From: an uncultured Actinomycetota bacterium
GTDB taxonomy: Bacteria > Actinomycetota > Actinomycetes > JACCUZ01
DNA length: 64,000 nt
NCBI GenBank assembly: GCA_963751035.1
Contig: CAVVSW010000005.1
Location: forward strand, 772,784 to 836,783
Direction of reading: 5' to 3'
Positions 10,265 through 19,753 of this stretch are shown here, one piece after another. A model generated the notes under the pieces. That model saw only the letters and a program-made list of their open reading frames with translations. It was not told the origin of the DNA and searched no databases. Both the position numbers and the translations under genes were made by a program. Position 1 is the stretch's first letter, and each line of letters opens with the position of its first letter.

Positions 10265-10495
10265 ATGCTGCTCCTGCAGACCCTTCTCACTGTTGCCTAT
10301 GTGGCAGTAGTGGGTCGCGTGTGGCTGCTGAAGCGTCGTGGGCCGGCGCTGCCGGGCACCGCGGTCCTCCCGATTGCCGACCAGGCGCCGGAGACTGCTG
10401 TCGGCCTGCCACCGGCCGGCGAGGAGTTCGTGTCCTACGTGGACGACGGGATCGCCGCGCTCGGCGACTACCTGTCCGAGGGCTTCGCCACCTGA
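10265..10495 (+). CDS. small hypothetical membrane protein (76 aa)
   Basis: ATG follows GGAAAGAG. There is an N-terminal TM helix (LLLQTLLTVAYVAVVGRVWLL) and an acidic C-terminus. The 3' end overlaps the convergent GNAT gene by 28 nt. Confidence 0.4.
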   Translation: MLLLQTLLTVAYVAVVGRVWLLKRRGPALPGTAVLPIADQAPETAVGLPPAGEEFVSYVDDGIAALGDYLSEGFAT

Positions 10496-11010
10496 CCGGT
10501 CCGTTGCAGCCGATAGCGCACCTCGAGAAGCTCACGCCCTGCCATCGCGATCGTCTTGACGGCGCCGTCGACGCGAAACCCCTGCTTCTCGTAGAACTCC
10601 CTGGCACGGATGTTGGCCGAGAGCACCCAGAGCGTGACCGGGATGTCAGTAGGTCCGGCGGTAAGGGCACGCTCGAGCAGGGCGCGGCCCACCCCTCCAC
10701 CCCAGGCCGACGGGGACACGTAGATCGCGTAGATCTCTCGGACGGGCTCGGAGTCCCGGGCACCATCGCGTCCAGGACCGCTCGCGACGAAGCCCACGAG
10801 CGGTCGCGACGTCTCCTCCAGGGCGGCGACGCAGGTCCGGACTTCGCCTGGGTGGCTCAGACGCTCGCGACGTAGCGCTGCCCACTCGCGCCAGTCGAGA
10901 CCGTCGAGGTGCTCGTCCGGCACGATGTCCTTGTAGGCCGCCCGCCAGGAGGCGACCTGGACCTGGGCGATCGCGTCGGCATCCAGGGGTGTCGCGGTCC
11001 GGATGGTCAC
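10468..11010 (-). CDS. GNAT-family N-acetyltransferase
   Basis: GTG 11010 starts VTIRTATPLDADAIAQVQVASW. There is an acetyl-CoA-binding motif (IYVSPSAWGGGVGRALLERAL) and a C-terminal FYEKQGF. Confidence 0.85.
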   Translation of the reverse strand: MTIRTATPLDADAIAQVQVASWRAAYKDIVPDEHLDGLDWREWAALRRERLSHPGEVRTCVAALEETSRPLVGFVASGPGRDGARDSEPVREIYAIYVSPSAWGGGVGRALLERALTAGPTDIPVTLWVLSANIRAREFYEKQGFRVDGAVKTIAMAGRELLEVRYRLQRTGQVAKPSDR

Positions 11011-11100
11011 GTCTGATCGCTCCTGCACGACGCGATCATGTCCGACCCGACGGGTTAGGGTCGACGGAGGCGAACGTCCGCTCCGAAGGGATCCACCCCG

Positions 11101-11358
11101 ATGGCCAAGGCGCCCCGTGACGTCGAACGCATCTACTCCACCGCGGAGGCGGCGGCCAAGCTCCGCCGGCTGGCCGACGCGCTGGAGACCGACCAGCCGT
11201 TCCGCATCCAGGTTGCGGGTGAGCGGATCCGCGTCCCGGCCCGCGGACAGTTCTCCGTGGAGCACGAGCGCGGTGAGGACTCCGAGGAGATCGAGTTCCA
11301 GCTGAAGTGGACCCTCGACGCCGAGTCATCGGGCTCCGACGACGGTCCCGTCGTCTAG
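11101..11358 (+). CDS. amphi-Trp domain-containing small acidic protein
   Basis: 85 aa. STAEAAAKLRRLADALE...EIEFQLKW matches the amphi-Trp pattern as I recall it. Its stop overlaps the parC stop by 4 nt. Confidence 0.65.
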   Translation: MAKAPRDVERIYSTAEAAAKLRRLADALETDQPFRIQVAGERIRVPARGQFSVEHERGEDSEEIEFQLKWTLDAESSGSDDGPVV

Positions 11359-13811
11359 GCGTCAGGACCGGCGACCGCCGCGATCGGCTGGCTGGCCGGG
11401 CTGCCCGAGCCGTCGCGCCGGCCGGTGGCGGGCGGAAGGTCGATCGGAACACCCGTCGCTGCCGCCGCGCGAGCGGGCGCCGCGCCCGCCCAGGCCAGGA
11501 TCAGGGTGTCCTCACCCCGGACGAACCGGTGACAGCGCACGCCGCCGGTGCCTCGACCCTTGGGCGGGTACTCGTCGTACGGCGTGATCTTCAGCGAGCC
11601 GGGCTCGGTGCCGGGCAGGGCCGCCGACGACCCGGACACCGTGACGACGACGTTCTCCCGCGCCGGATCGACGGTTGCGAAGGTCACGGCCTGCTGACCC
11701 GGTGCGAGACGGATCCCGGCCATGCCGCCCGCTGACCGGCCCTGCGGCCGGACCGCGCTCGCGGGGAAGCGCAGCAGCTGGGCGTCCGACGTCACGAACA
11801 CCAGGTCACGGTCGTCGCCGGCGAGCTCGACCGCGCCGACCACCTGGTCGCCGGGCCGCAGGGTGATGACGTCCCAGCTGTCCTTGTTGAGCGGGTAGTC
11901 GGGCGTCAGCCGTTTGACCACACCGTCGGCGGTGCCGAGCGCGACGCCCACCTCGGCGTCACCCAGCCCGACCAGGCAGAGGACCCGCTCGTCCGGGGCG
12001 AGCTGGAGGAACTCCGAGACCGGCGCGCCGCCGGACAGGTTCGGCGCGCTGGCGGTCGACGGGAGCGCCGGCATGTCGAGGACGCCGAGCCTGATCATGC
12101 GGCCGGCACTCGTCAGCGCCGCGACCTCGCCGCGCGCGGTGGTGCGGACGGCAGAGGTGATGACGTCGTGCTTCGCTCGTGGGCCGTCGAGGGGGAGCGG
12201 GTCATCGGTCAGCGTCCGCGCCATCAGCCCGGTCGACGACAGCAACGCCCAGCAGGGGTCGTCGGTCACCTCCAACGGGACCGCGGTGGTGGCGGGGGTG
12301 CCGGCGGACTCGAGCAGGACGGTGCGCCTCGGCGTACCGAACTTCTTGGCCACGTCGGCGAGCTCGTTCGACACGGTGTCGCGAAGCAGGGTGTCGGACT
12401 CGAGGATCGCGGTGAGCTCGTCGATCGTGGTGCGCAAGCTGCCCTGCTCGGTCTCGAGCTCGATGCGGGAGTACTTGGTCAGCCGGCGCAGCGGCATGTC
12501 CAGGATGTAGTTGGCCTGGGTCTCGGTCAGGTCGAACACCGACATCAGCCGTTCGCGGGCCTCCGCGGCGTCCTCGCTCGTCCGGATCACCTGGATGACC
12601 TCGTCGACGTTGAGGATCGCGACCAGCAGGCCGTCGACGAGGTGCAGCCGGTCGGCCGCCTTGGCGCGGCGGTGCAGGCAGCGACGGCGTACGACGTCGA
12701 GCCGGTGTGCGACGTAGACCTCGAGCAGGTCCTTGAGGCCCAGCGTGCGCGGCTGCCCGTCGACGAGGGCGACGTTGTTGATGCCGAACGACTCCTCCAG
12801 CGGGGTGAGCCGGTAGAGCTGGTCGAGGATCGCGTCGGGGTTGAAGCCGTTCTTGATCTCGATGACCAGCCGCAGGCCCTTCTCGCGGTCGGTGTAGTCG
12901 TCGACCGCCGTGACGCCCTGGACCTTCTTGGCGCGCACCAGCTCGGCGATCTTCTCCTTGACCCGTTCGGGGCCCACGCCGAACGGCAGCTCGGTCACGA
13001 CGATGCCCTTGCGCCGGGGCGTGACGTTCTCGATGCGCGCGGTGGCGCGGGTGCGGAACGCCCCGCGACCGGTCTCGTAGGCGTCGCGGATGCCGTCGAG
13101 GCCGACGATCTTGCCGCCGGTCGGCAGGTCGGGGCCGGGCACGAACCGCATCAGGTCGTCCAGCGTCGCCTTCGGGTGCTTGATCAGGTGGCGGGCGGCG
13201 GAGATGACCTCGACCAGGTTGTGCGGCGCCATGTTGGTGGCCATGCCGACGGCGATGCCGGACGCGCCGTTGACCAGCAGGTTGGGGAAGGCCGCCGGCA
13301 GCACCTGCGGCTCGTAGGCCTGGTCGTCGTAGTTGGGCCGCATGTCGACGACGTCCTCGTCGAGGCTGGTCGTCATCAGCAGCGCGGCGGCGTCCAGGCG
13401 GCACTCGGTGTAGCGGTAGGCCGCGGGCGGGTCGTCGTTGCCCAGCGAGCCGAAGTTGCCGTGACCGTCGATCAGCGGCAGCCGCATCGACCACGGCTGC
13501 GCCATCCGGACGAGGGTGTCGTAGATCGCGCCGTCACCGTGGGGGTGCAGCTTGCCCATCACGTCGCCGACGACGCGGGCGCACTTCACGTGACCCCGGT
13601 CGGGCCGCAGGCCCATCTCCGACATCTGGAAGAGGATGCGCCGGTGCACCGGCTTCAGGCCGTCGCGCGCGTCGGGCAGCGCCCGGGCGTAGATGACCGA
13701 GTAGGCGTACTCGAGGAACGAGCCCTGCATCTCCTCGGACACGTCGATGTCGACGATGCGCTCGGTGAAGTCCTCGGGCGGGGGCGGGGATTTGGTCGTA
13801 CGACGTGCCAC
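11355..13811 (-). CDS. parC: DNA topoisomerase IV subunit A (GyrA/ParC family)
   Basis: [58 protein letters not shown] is present, with the active-site region AAYRYTE. I prefer GTG 13811 (GGAGCG lies upstream). In-frame ATGs at 13859 and 13889 are also possible starts. Confidence 0.92.
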   Translation of the reverse strand: MARRTTKSPPPPEDFTERIVDIDVSEEMQGSFLEYAYSVIYARALPDARDGLKPVHRRILFQMSEMGLRPDRGHVKCARVVGDVMGKLHPHGDGAIYDTLVRMAQPWSMRLPLIDGHGNFGSLGNDDPPAAYRYTECRLDAAALLMTTSLDEDVVDMRPNYDDQAYEPQVLPAAFPNLLVNGASGIAVGMATNMAPHNLVEVISAARHLIKHPKATLDDLMRFVPGPDLPTGGKIVGLDGIRDAYETGRGAFRTRATARIENVTPRRKGIVVTELPFGVGPERVKEKIAELVRAKKVQGVTAVDDYTDREKGLRLVIEIKNGFNPDAILDQLYRLTPLEESFGINNVALVDGQPRTLGLKDLLEVYVAHRLDVVRRRCLHRRAKAADRLHLVDGLLVAILNVDEVIQVIRTSEDAAEARERLMSVFDLTETQANYILDMPLRRLTKYSRIELETEQGSLRTTIDELTAILESDTLLRDTVSNELADVAKKFGTPRRTVLLESAGTPATTAVPLEVTDDPCWALLSSTGLMARTLTDDPLPLDGPRAKHDVITSAVRTTARGEVAALTSAGRMIRLGVLDMPALPSTASAPNLSGGAPVSEFLQLAPDERVLCLVGLGDAEVGVALGTADGVVKRLTPDYPLNKDSWDVITLRPGDQVVGAVELAGDDRDLVFVTSDAQLLRFPASAVRPQGRSAGGMAGIRLAPGQQAVTFATVDPARENVVVTVSGSSAALPGTEPGSLKITPYDEYPPKGRGTGGVRCHRFVRGEDTLILAWAGAAPARAAAATGVPIDLPPATGRRDGSGSPASQPIAAVAGPDA

Positions 13812-13924
13812 GGCGCGCTCGCTCCAGCTGGGGTGTCGGGGTGAACTCGTGCGGTCCATTCTCGCCGCCTGCCCGACGATCGGACCCACCGACCCGCCAC
13901 CGGGTCGGCCGCGAGCGCCAGAAT

Positions 13925-14265
13925 GTGGGCGTGGCGCAGACCTATGTCCACGCAGCCACCCTGCGGCCCGGGCCCGGCGCGGACCCGCGGGCTCCCGGTG
14001 GTGCGATCACGCTCGCGTTGTGCGGCAGCTGGGAGCACGGCGACCGCCCGTGCGTCTGGCCGCACCTCACGAGACGGAGACCGCCGGGCAAGCCCTGCTG
14101 GTCCGCACGGCCTTCACCGCCGATCCCGGCGACGAGGCACGCGTGCGGACGCTCATCGAGGCGGCGCTCCGCGGGGGGACGTGCGTCGGGCCCGATGGCC
14201 GGACGAGCACCTGGACGGTCGCCTCCTCCGGTCCGGTGGACCAGGCGACCGAGGAGGGCGGGTGA
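13925..14265 (+). pseudogene. small conserved hypothetical protein (CGSWEH...CxWPH motif), frame broken once
   Basis: The N-terminus (VGVAQTYVHAATL...ITLALCGSWEHGDRPCVWPH) is in frame 2. The C-terminus (ETETAGQALLVRTAFTADPGDEARVRTLIEAAL...) is in frame 1. The jump is near 14064-14070. Confidence 0.4.
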
Positions 14266-14891
14266 GCGTCGACTGGCCGGCCTGCGCAGGGCGTTCGCCC
14301 GGCTGATGCTCCGGCTCACGCGCTGGCAAGACCGTCGGTCAGGTGCCCGACGACCGGCATCCTGGTCGGCGCGCCGCACACGTCCAACTGGGACTGGGTC
14401 GCCATGGTCATGCTGACGTGGCGCGACGGTGTCCCGCCGAAGGTCCTGATCAAGCGCGAGCTGTTCCGCGGACCGCTCGCTCCGCTGCTCCGCGTGACGG
14501 GGGGCATCCCGCTGGACCGCAAGAACCCCGGGGCCACGGTCCGCGCACTCCTCGCCCAGGCGAAGGACGAGGACTTCCTGCTCATCGTCGCTGCGGAGGG
14601 GACCCGCAAGAAGGCGGACTACTGGAAGTCCGGCTTCTACAAGATCGCGCAAGCAGACCGGCCTGCCGATCATCGCTCGGCTTCATCGACGGGCCCACGC
14701 GGACCATCGGCTTCGGGCCGACGTTCACACCCACCGGCGACGTCGCGGCCGACATGGACCTGGTCCGTGCGTTCTACGCCGACAAGCGGGCATCCACCCG
14801 GAGCTGCGGACCGAGCCTCGCCTCCGCGAGGAAGGGCCGCCACGACACGAGCAGAGCGCTCTGTGACTCGGAGCGCTGCGTGAGAGCATGA
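14262..14891 (+). pseudogene. 1-acyl-sn-glycerol-3-phosphate (lysophospholipid) acyltransferase family, at least 4 frame breaks
   Basis: Fragments are spread over three frames: RRLAGLRRAFARLMLRLTRWQ | TVGQVPD | TGILVGAPHTSNWDWVAMVMLTW...IVAAEGTRKKADYWKSGFYKIAQ | QTGLPII | LGFIDGPTRTIGFGP. The jumps are near 14330, 14352, 14653 and 14675. The start and extreme C-terminus are uncertain. Confidence 0.65.
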
Positions 14892-14895
14892 ACCA

Positions 14896-15482
14896 ATGGG
14901 CTTCGGGATCGCCAACGACGCGGCAGCGGACAAGGTTCTGGACGAGCACGCATTCGCTCCGCTGATCGGGATGATGCTCGATCAGCAGTACGGCATGGAA
15001 CACGCGTTCCGTGGCCCGTGGAAGGTGCTCACCCGGTTCGGAACGCTGGACCCAGCAGCGATCGCAGCCGCGGATCCGGAGGCGTTCACCGCCCTGTGCA
15101 GCGTTCCTCCAGCCATCCACCGGTTCCCGGCGTCGATGGCAGCCCGCCTCCAGGAGCTCGCGCGGGTGATCACCACCGAGTACGACGGCGACGCGGCGCG
15201 GTTGTGGAACGAGGCGACGTCAGGCAAGGACCTGCTGACACGTCTGATGGCACTTCCCGGCTTCGGCAAGCAGAAGGCACAGATCTTCGTGGCACTGCTC
15301 GCCAAGCAGCTCGGTGTGCGGCCCGACGGCTGGGAGGCGGTCGCGGGCGACTACGCGCTCGATGGCTACCGCTCTGCTGCTGACGTCGTGGATGCGGACT
15401 CGCTCCTGAAGGTCCGCGAGTTCAAGCAGAGAACAAGGCAGCCAAGGCAGCCAAGGCAGAGGGCAAGCAGGCGCACGCCTGA
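14896..15482 (+). CDS. HhH-GPD-type base-excision DNA repair protein; probable frame error in the last ~20 codons
   Basis: MGFGIANDAAADKVLDEHAFAPLIGMMLDQQYGMEHAF...LMALPGFGKQKAQIFVALLAKQLG is present. As written, the ORF runs to 15675 across the convergent gene. The -1 frame instead gives AENKAAKAAKAEGKQAHA and a stop at 15480-15482. Confidence 0.7.
15434..15460 (+). repeat. 3 x 9-nt tandem repeat CAAGGCAGC (third copy has 1 mismatch)
   Basis: Read directly from the sequence. It encodes (KAA)n in the frame proposed for the HhH-GPD tail. Confidence 0.8.
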
Positions 15483-15501
15483 CTCCCACGCTGCGCCTGA
15501 G

Positions 15502-16179
15502 TCAGGTCACGGTGCTCGCGACGTAGACGGTGTTGGCCGACTCCTCGCCGGTCAGCGGGTTCGGGAACGAGACCACGTGGGCCTGAGCGTTGGCGAACAC
15601 CGCCGTCAGGACAGAGCGGAACTCGTCGTCCGGGGGGTCGTCGGACCACAGCGCGAACACGCCGTACGGGTGTAGGTGCTCCGCGAGTCGGCGTAGTCCG
15701 TCTTCGGTGTAGAACGCGGCGTGGCTCGGGTGCAGAACATGTCGCGGCGTGTGGTCGATGTCGAGGAGTACGGCGTGGAAGCGCCGACCCGGCGTACCGG
15801 GGTCGAAGCCTTGGCCGGTGCCGACCATTGCGAAGAAGTCGCCGTGCACGAGGCGAACCCGCGGGTCCGACGCCAGGCCGGCGGTGTCGGGAAAGAGATC
15901 CCGTTCGTGCCAGGTGATGACCTCGCCGAGGGCCTCGACCACCGTCAGCGAGCGAACGCGGGGGTCGTCGAGCGCGGCCCGAGCGGTGTAGCCGAGGCCG
16001 AGTCCGCCCACGACCACGTCCAGGTCCTCGCCGGCCACCATCTCCAGCCCGAGCCGCGCGAGCTCGATCTCGGCGACGGTGAAGAGGCTCGACATCAGGA
16101 ACTCGTCGCCGAGCTTGACCTCGTAGACGTCGATGTTCAGTGCCGGTTCCAGCCGGCGGCGCAGGCTGATCGCGCCCAT
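15502..16179 (-). CDS. spermidine-synthase-like class I SAM-dependent methyltransferase-fold protein
   Basis: VVVGGLGLGYTARAALD, LVHGDFF, AVLLDIDHTP and FALWSD are present. The reading frame is open upstream (RFEELAWSETP) without a start codon, so the N-terminus is uncertain. Confidence 0.72.
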   Translation of the reverse strand: MGAISLRRRLEPALNIDVYEVKLGDEFLMSSLFTVAEIELARLGLEMVAGEDLDVVVGGLGLGYTARAALDDPRVRSLTVVEALGEVITWHERDLFPDTAGLASDPRVRLVHGDFFAMVGTGQGFDPGTPGRRFHAVLLDIDHTPRHVLHPSHAAFYTEDGLRRLAEHLHPYGVFALWSDDPPDDEFRSVLTAVFANAQAHVVSFPNPLTGEESANTVYVASTVT

Positions 16180-16242
16180 GGGCGTCTCGGACCAGGCGAG
16201 CTCCTCGAAGCGGCGCGGCCGACCGTCTCCCGGCTGACGCGT

Positions 16243-17142
16243 TCAGGGACGGCCGCCGAGCCGGCTGACGGCACCGGCGGCGAGGGTGTTGCCGGCGGCC
16301 AGCGCCGACTCGGGCTCGGGATGCAGCAGCCAGGACGTGAGGAACCCGGCCGCGAACGCATCGCCGGCGCCGGTGGTGTCCACCACTTCGACCCCGCGCT
16401 CGGCGGGGGCGCTCGCTGCGATGAACCCCCCGTGCCAGAGCGCGCCCTGGTCGCCGAGCTTGACGACCACCTCGCGGTAGACGGTGGCGAGAGCGGCGGC
16501 AGCCTCGCGGGACGGGTTCTGCCCCGACAGGACGCGCGCCTCGTCGGCGTTGGCGAGCAACAGGTCGACGCCGACCGTCCAGTCCAGGAAGTTGCCGGGC
16601 CCGACGCCCTCCAGCAGCGCGACCGAGGACGGGTCCACCGAGATGGTCATGCCGATCTCGCGGGCCATGCCCATCGCGGCGAACGCGGCGTCGCGCGACT
16701 CGGGGTGCAGGAGGGGATAGCCCGACAGGTGCAGGTGCGCGCTCGGCCGGAACACCTCCTCCGGCAGGTCGCTCGCGTCCAGGGTCGCGTTAGCTCCGGT
16801 GTCGGGCAGCATCGAGCGTTGGCCACCCGGTTCGACCAGCACGACGCAGCTGCCGGTGGGTCGGTCGGAGAGCACGGCGCGTACGTCGACGCCCGCCGTG
16901 AACAGCTCGGTGCAGGCCTGGTGTCCGAGCGGGTCGTCGCCGACCCGGCCGACGAACGTGGTGGGGACGTCCTGCGAGGCCAGCCAGGCAGCAACGTTGG
17001 CCGCGGAACCGCCGCCGCTCGTCGACACCCGCGACGGGGTGTCGCTGGCGACGGCGAGCGGTCCGGACATCAGCGCGATGACATCGACCATCAGGTCGCC
17101 GACCACGACGACCGACAGCGTCTGCGCCCCCAACGGCGTCAT
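16243..17142 (-). CDS. PfkB-family carbohydrate kinase, probable pseudouridine kinase
   Basis: [20 protein letters not shown] and [14 protein letters not shown] are present. ATG 17142 overlaps the psuG stop (ATGA). Confidence 0.8.
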   Translation of the reverse strand: MTPLGAQTLSVVVVGDLMVDVIALMSGPLAVASDTPSRVSTSGGGSAANVAAWLASQDVPTTFVGRVGDDPLGHQACTELFTAGVDVRAVLSDRPTGSCVVLVEPGGQRSMLPDTGANATLDASDLPEEVFRPSAHLHLSGYPLLHPESRDAAFAAMGMAREIGMTISVDPSSVALLEGVGPGNFLDWTVGVDLLLANADEARVLSGQNPSREAAAALATVYREVVVKLGDQGALWHGGFIAASAPAERGVEVVDTTGAGDAFAAGFLTSWLLHPEPESALAAGNTLAAGAVSRLGGRP

Positions 17143-18047
17143 GGCTGGGTTGCGAGTGCGACGGCGATCTGGGCGGCGAGTGCGGCGTTGCGCAGGATGA
17201 TCCGGATGTTCGCCCTCAGGCTGGCGCCGCCGCTCTCGCGGTGGAAGAACTCCAGCAGGAACGGCGTGACCTCCTTGCCACGCACGCCTGCCTGCGCGGC
17301 TGCGGTGAGCCCGGCGCGGAGCACGCGGTCGTGCAGCTCGGGGTCGACCTGCTCGTCGACGGGGAGGGGGTTGGCCACGACCAGCCCCCGATCGTCGGTG
17401 CCCAACGCCGTACGTGCTCGCATCACCGCGGCGACCTCGTCGGGGGAGTCCACTCGCCAGTCCAGCGGGTGACCCGAGTCGGTGAGGTAGAAGCCGGGGA
17501 AGGTGTCGGTGCGGAAGCCGAGCACCCCGACGCCGAGGGACTCCAGCCGCTCGAGCGTGGCCGCGACGTCGAGGATGGACTTGACGCCGGCGCACACCAC
17601 CACGATCGGTGTCGTGGCCAGGGCTTGCAGGTCGGCCGACTCGTCCCAGGTCTCGCGTGCCTCGCGGTGGACGCCACCGATGCCACCCGTGGCGAAGACC
17701 TCGATGCCCGCGAGCGCGGCGAGATGCGACGTGGCCGCGACGGTCGTCGCGCCGTGGCCGCCGCGAGCGACCACGGTGGCAAGGTCGCGGGAGCTGACCT
17801 TCACGATGTCGTCGCGGGTCGCGACCTCCGTCAAGGCGTTGTCGTCGAGTCCGATGCATGCCTTGCCGGAGACGACCGCGACCGTCGCCGGCACGGCGCC
17901 GTTGTCGCGGACGGCGGCTTCGATCTCGCGCGCGATGCGCAGGTTGTCGGGCCGCGGCAGACCGTGGCTGATGATCGTGGACTCCAGCGCCACCACCGGC
18001 CGGCCGGCAGCGAGCGCGTCGGCAACCTCGGGCAGCACAGTCAGCAC
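17139..18047 (-). CDS. psuG: pseudouridine-5'-phosphate glycosidase
   Basis: [29 protein letters not shown] and [11 protein letters not shown] are IndA/PsuG family hallmarks. Confidence 0.9.
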   Translation of the reverse strand: MLTVLPEVADALAAGRPVVALESTIISHGLPRPDNLRIAREIEAAVRDNGAVPATVAVVSGKACIGLDDNALTEVATRDDIVKVSSRDLATVVARGGHGATTVAATSHLAALAGIEVFATGGIGGVHREARETWDESADLQALATTPIVVVCAGVKSILDVAATLERLESLGVGVLGFRTDTFPGFYLTDSGHPLDWRVDSPDEVAAVMRARTALGTDDRGLVVANPLPVDEQVDPELHDRVLRAGLTAAAQAGVRGKEVTPFLLEFFHRESGGASLRANIRIILRNAALAAQIAVALATQP

Positions 18048-18078
18048 GCCCCGAGGCTAGGGCAGAGGCGTCGAAACC

Positions 18079-18201
18079 TGTGGACGACGGCCATTGCCGT
18101 GCGGTCCTGTGGACAACGAGGGGCTCAGACCACTTCTTGAGTCCGACTGCAGACCGTGTCGTTGTCCACAGGCAGAGTGGGCCAGATTCCCTTGTGGATA
18201 A
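18079..18201. promoter_or_regulatory. cluster of four DnaA-box-like 9-mers, including a perfect 13-bp inverted repeat
   Basis: TGTGGACGA 18079-87; TGTGGACAA 18108-16; TTGTCCACA 18162-70; TGTGGATAA 18193-201. The inverted repeat is CCTGTGGACAACG 18106-18 paired with CGTTGTCCACAGG 18160-72. Confidence 0.5.
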
Positions 18202-18260
18202 AGGGATTCCGGGCCGGATCTGTCAGAAGGACTGTCGGTGGTGGCCCGTAGGTTCGCTGC

Positions 18261-19713
18261 ATGTCCAACCACGATGACCGCGACCGCGGCCCGGGCAATC
18301 GGCCCGGCGCAACCGACGGCACCCGACCCCGCGCTGCCATGCGCCGGGTCGTGCGGTTGCGGGCATCGGTCCGGAAGATCGCCGTGAGCCAGGTGCAGCA
18401 GCTGCGGCTGGTGGCCGCGGTGGCCGAAGACAGCGCCGCGGCGGCCCGGGCTGAGCTGGCCGGGGTCGAGAGGGACCGGGGCGTCCCGTCGGAGGAGGAA
18501 CTCACACACTCCACGGTGATTCACCAGCTGTGCGTGACGCTCGGCATCGCCAAGCATGCCGCGGAGCGGCTGCTCGAGCTGGCCACCCGCCTCGTCACCG
18601 TCCTGCCCGCCACGTTGGCGGCGGTGGAGGCGGGCCGGATCGACCTGCCCCGCGCCGAGGTCCTGGCCCAGGAGACCGCGCTGCTCGACGACTCCGCGGC
18701 CCGGGCAGGTGGAGGCGCTGGTGCTGGCCAAGGTCGCCGACGCAGACGGACCCTGGCAGACCCTGTCCCCGCGCGGCTGGAAGTCCCAGATCCAGCGCCT
18801 GGTGATCCAGGTCGACAACGACTCGGCGCAGCGCCGCCGCGAACAGGCGATCCGCGACCGCGCCGTACGCGCCTGGCCGCAGGGCGACGGCACCGGCGTG
18901 CTGCAGATCATCGGGCAGGACTGCGACATCGCGTTCGCCGACCGGGTGCTCACCAACCTCGCCCACGCCGAGCCTCCGACCGGACCGGACGGGGAGAAGC
19001 TGAGCATGGACCAGCGCCGGGTCGACGGCTTCATGGACCTGATGCGCCGGGTCGCGTTCGGCGACCAACTGCCGCAGGTCCAGGCACCGCGCGACCGGGA
19101 GGTCGGAATCGTGGTCCACTCCGACACCCTCTTCGGCGACGGCCCCGCCAAGTACGCGCCGGGTGAGCTCCGTGGCCTCGGCGCACCCGCCCCGATCGAC
19201 CCGCACTCCGCCGCCGTGCTGGCCCGCACCGAGATCGCAGGCGGCGCCGCCACCCGCGTCCTGCTCGTCGACGGCGACGGTGTCCTGCAGCGCACCATCC
19301 GCCTCCCCAAGGCACCACCGGGCGGGTGGACCCGCGACCTCCTTGCCGGACAAGTCAGACCCGCCCTCCCGGGCCTACCGGACCTGCAGACCGACTCCTA
19401 CGAACCCACCGTGGCGATCACCGACCATGTCCGCGAGGTGCACCCCCGGTGCACCTCGTATGACTGCGCGCGGCTCGCGTCCCGGTGCGACCTGGACCAC
19501 GACGTCTCCTGGCCGCGCGGACCGACGTGCGTGTCGAATCTGTGTCCACGTTGCCGGCGCCACCACGAGCTCAAGACCAGAGGCCTCGTGAAAACCCGCC
19601 TGCACCCCGACGGCTCCCTCACCACCACAACCCTGCTCGGCACGGTGGTCACCACCCGACCCGAACCGCTACCCGGCTTCGGCCTCGGCGAGACTCACGC
19701 GCGTTCCCGGTGA
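18261..19713 (+). pseudogene. DUF222 / HNH endonuclease (REP13E12-like), one +1 frame break
   Basis: The DUF222 N-terminus is in ORF 18261-19166. The remainder is in ORF 18556-19713 and ends with an HNH region (CTSYDCARLASRCDLDHDVSWPRGPTCVSNLCPRCRRHHELK). The jump is at GCA[G]GTG near 18708. Confidence 0.8.
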
Positions 19714-19753
19714 AGGTGATCGGCGAAGCGGTGGGGCGTCTGGCAAGAGAGCG

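Noticed and set aside
15434-15460. A CRISPR-like or regulatory tandem repeat.
   Set aside because: It is only three 9-nt units lying inside a coding tail, where it encodes KAA repeats. There are no spacers. I saw no CRISPR array anywhere in the window.
18079-18201. Chromosomal replication origin (oriC) as the interpretation of the DnaA boxes.
   Set aside because: There are only four boxes, no adjacent dnaA, dnaN or rpmH, and no AT-rich unwinding element. Actinobacterial origins carry many more boxes. I kept it as a non-oriC DnaA-box cluster or operator instead.
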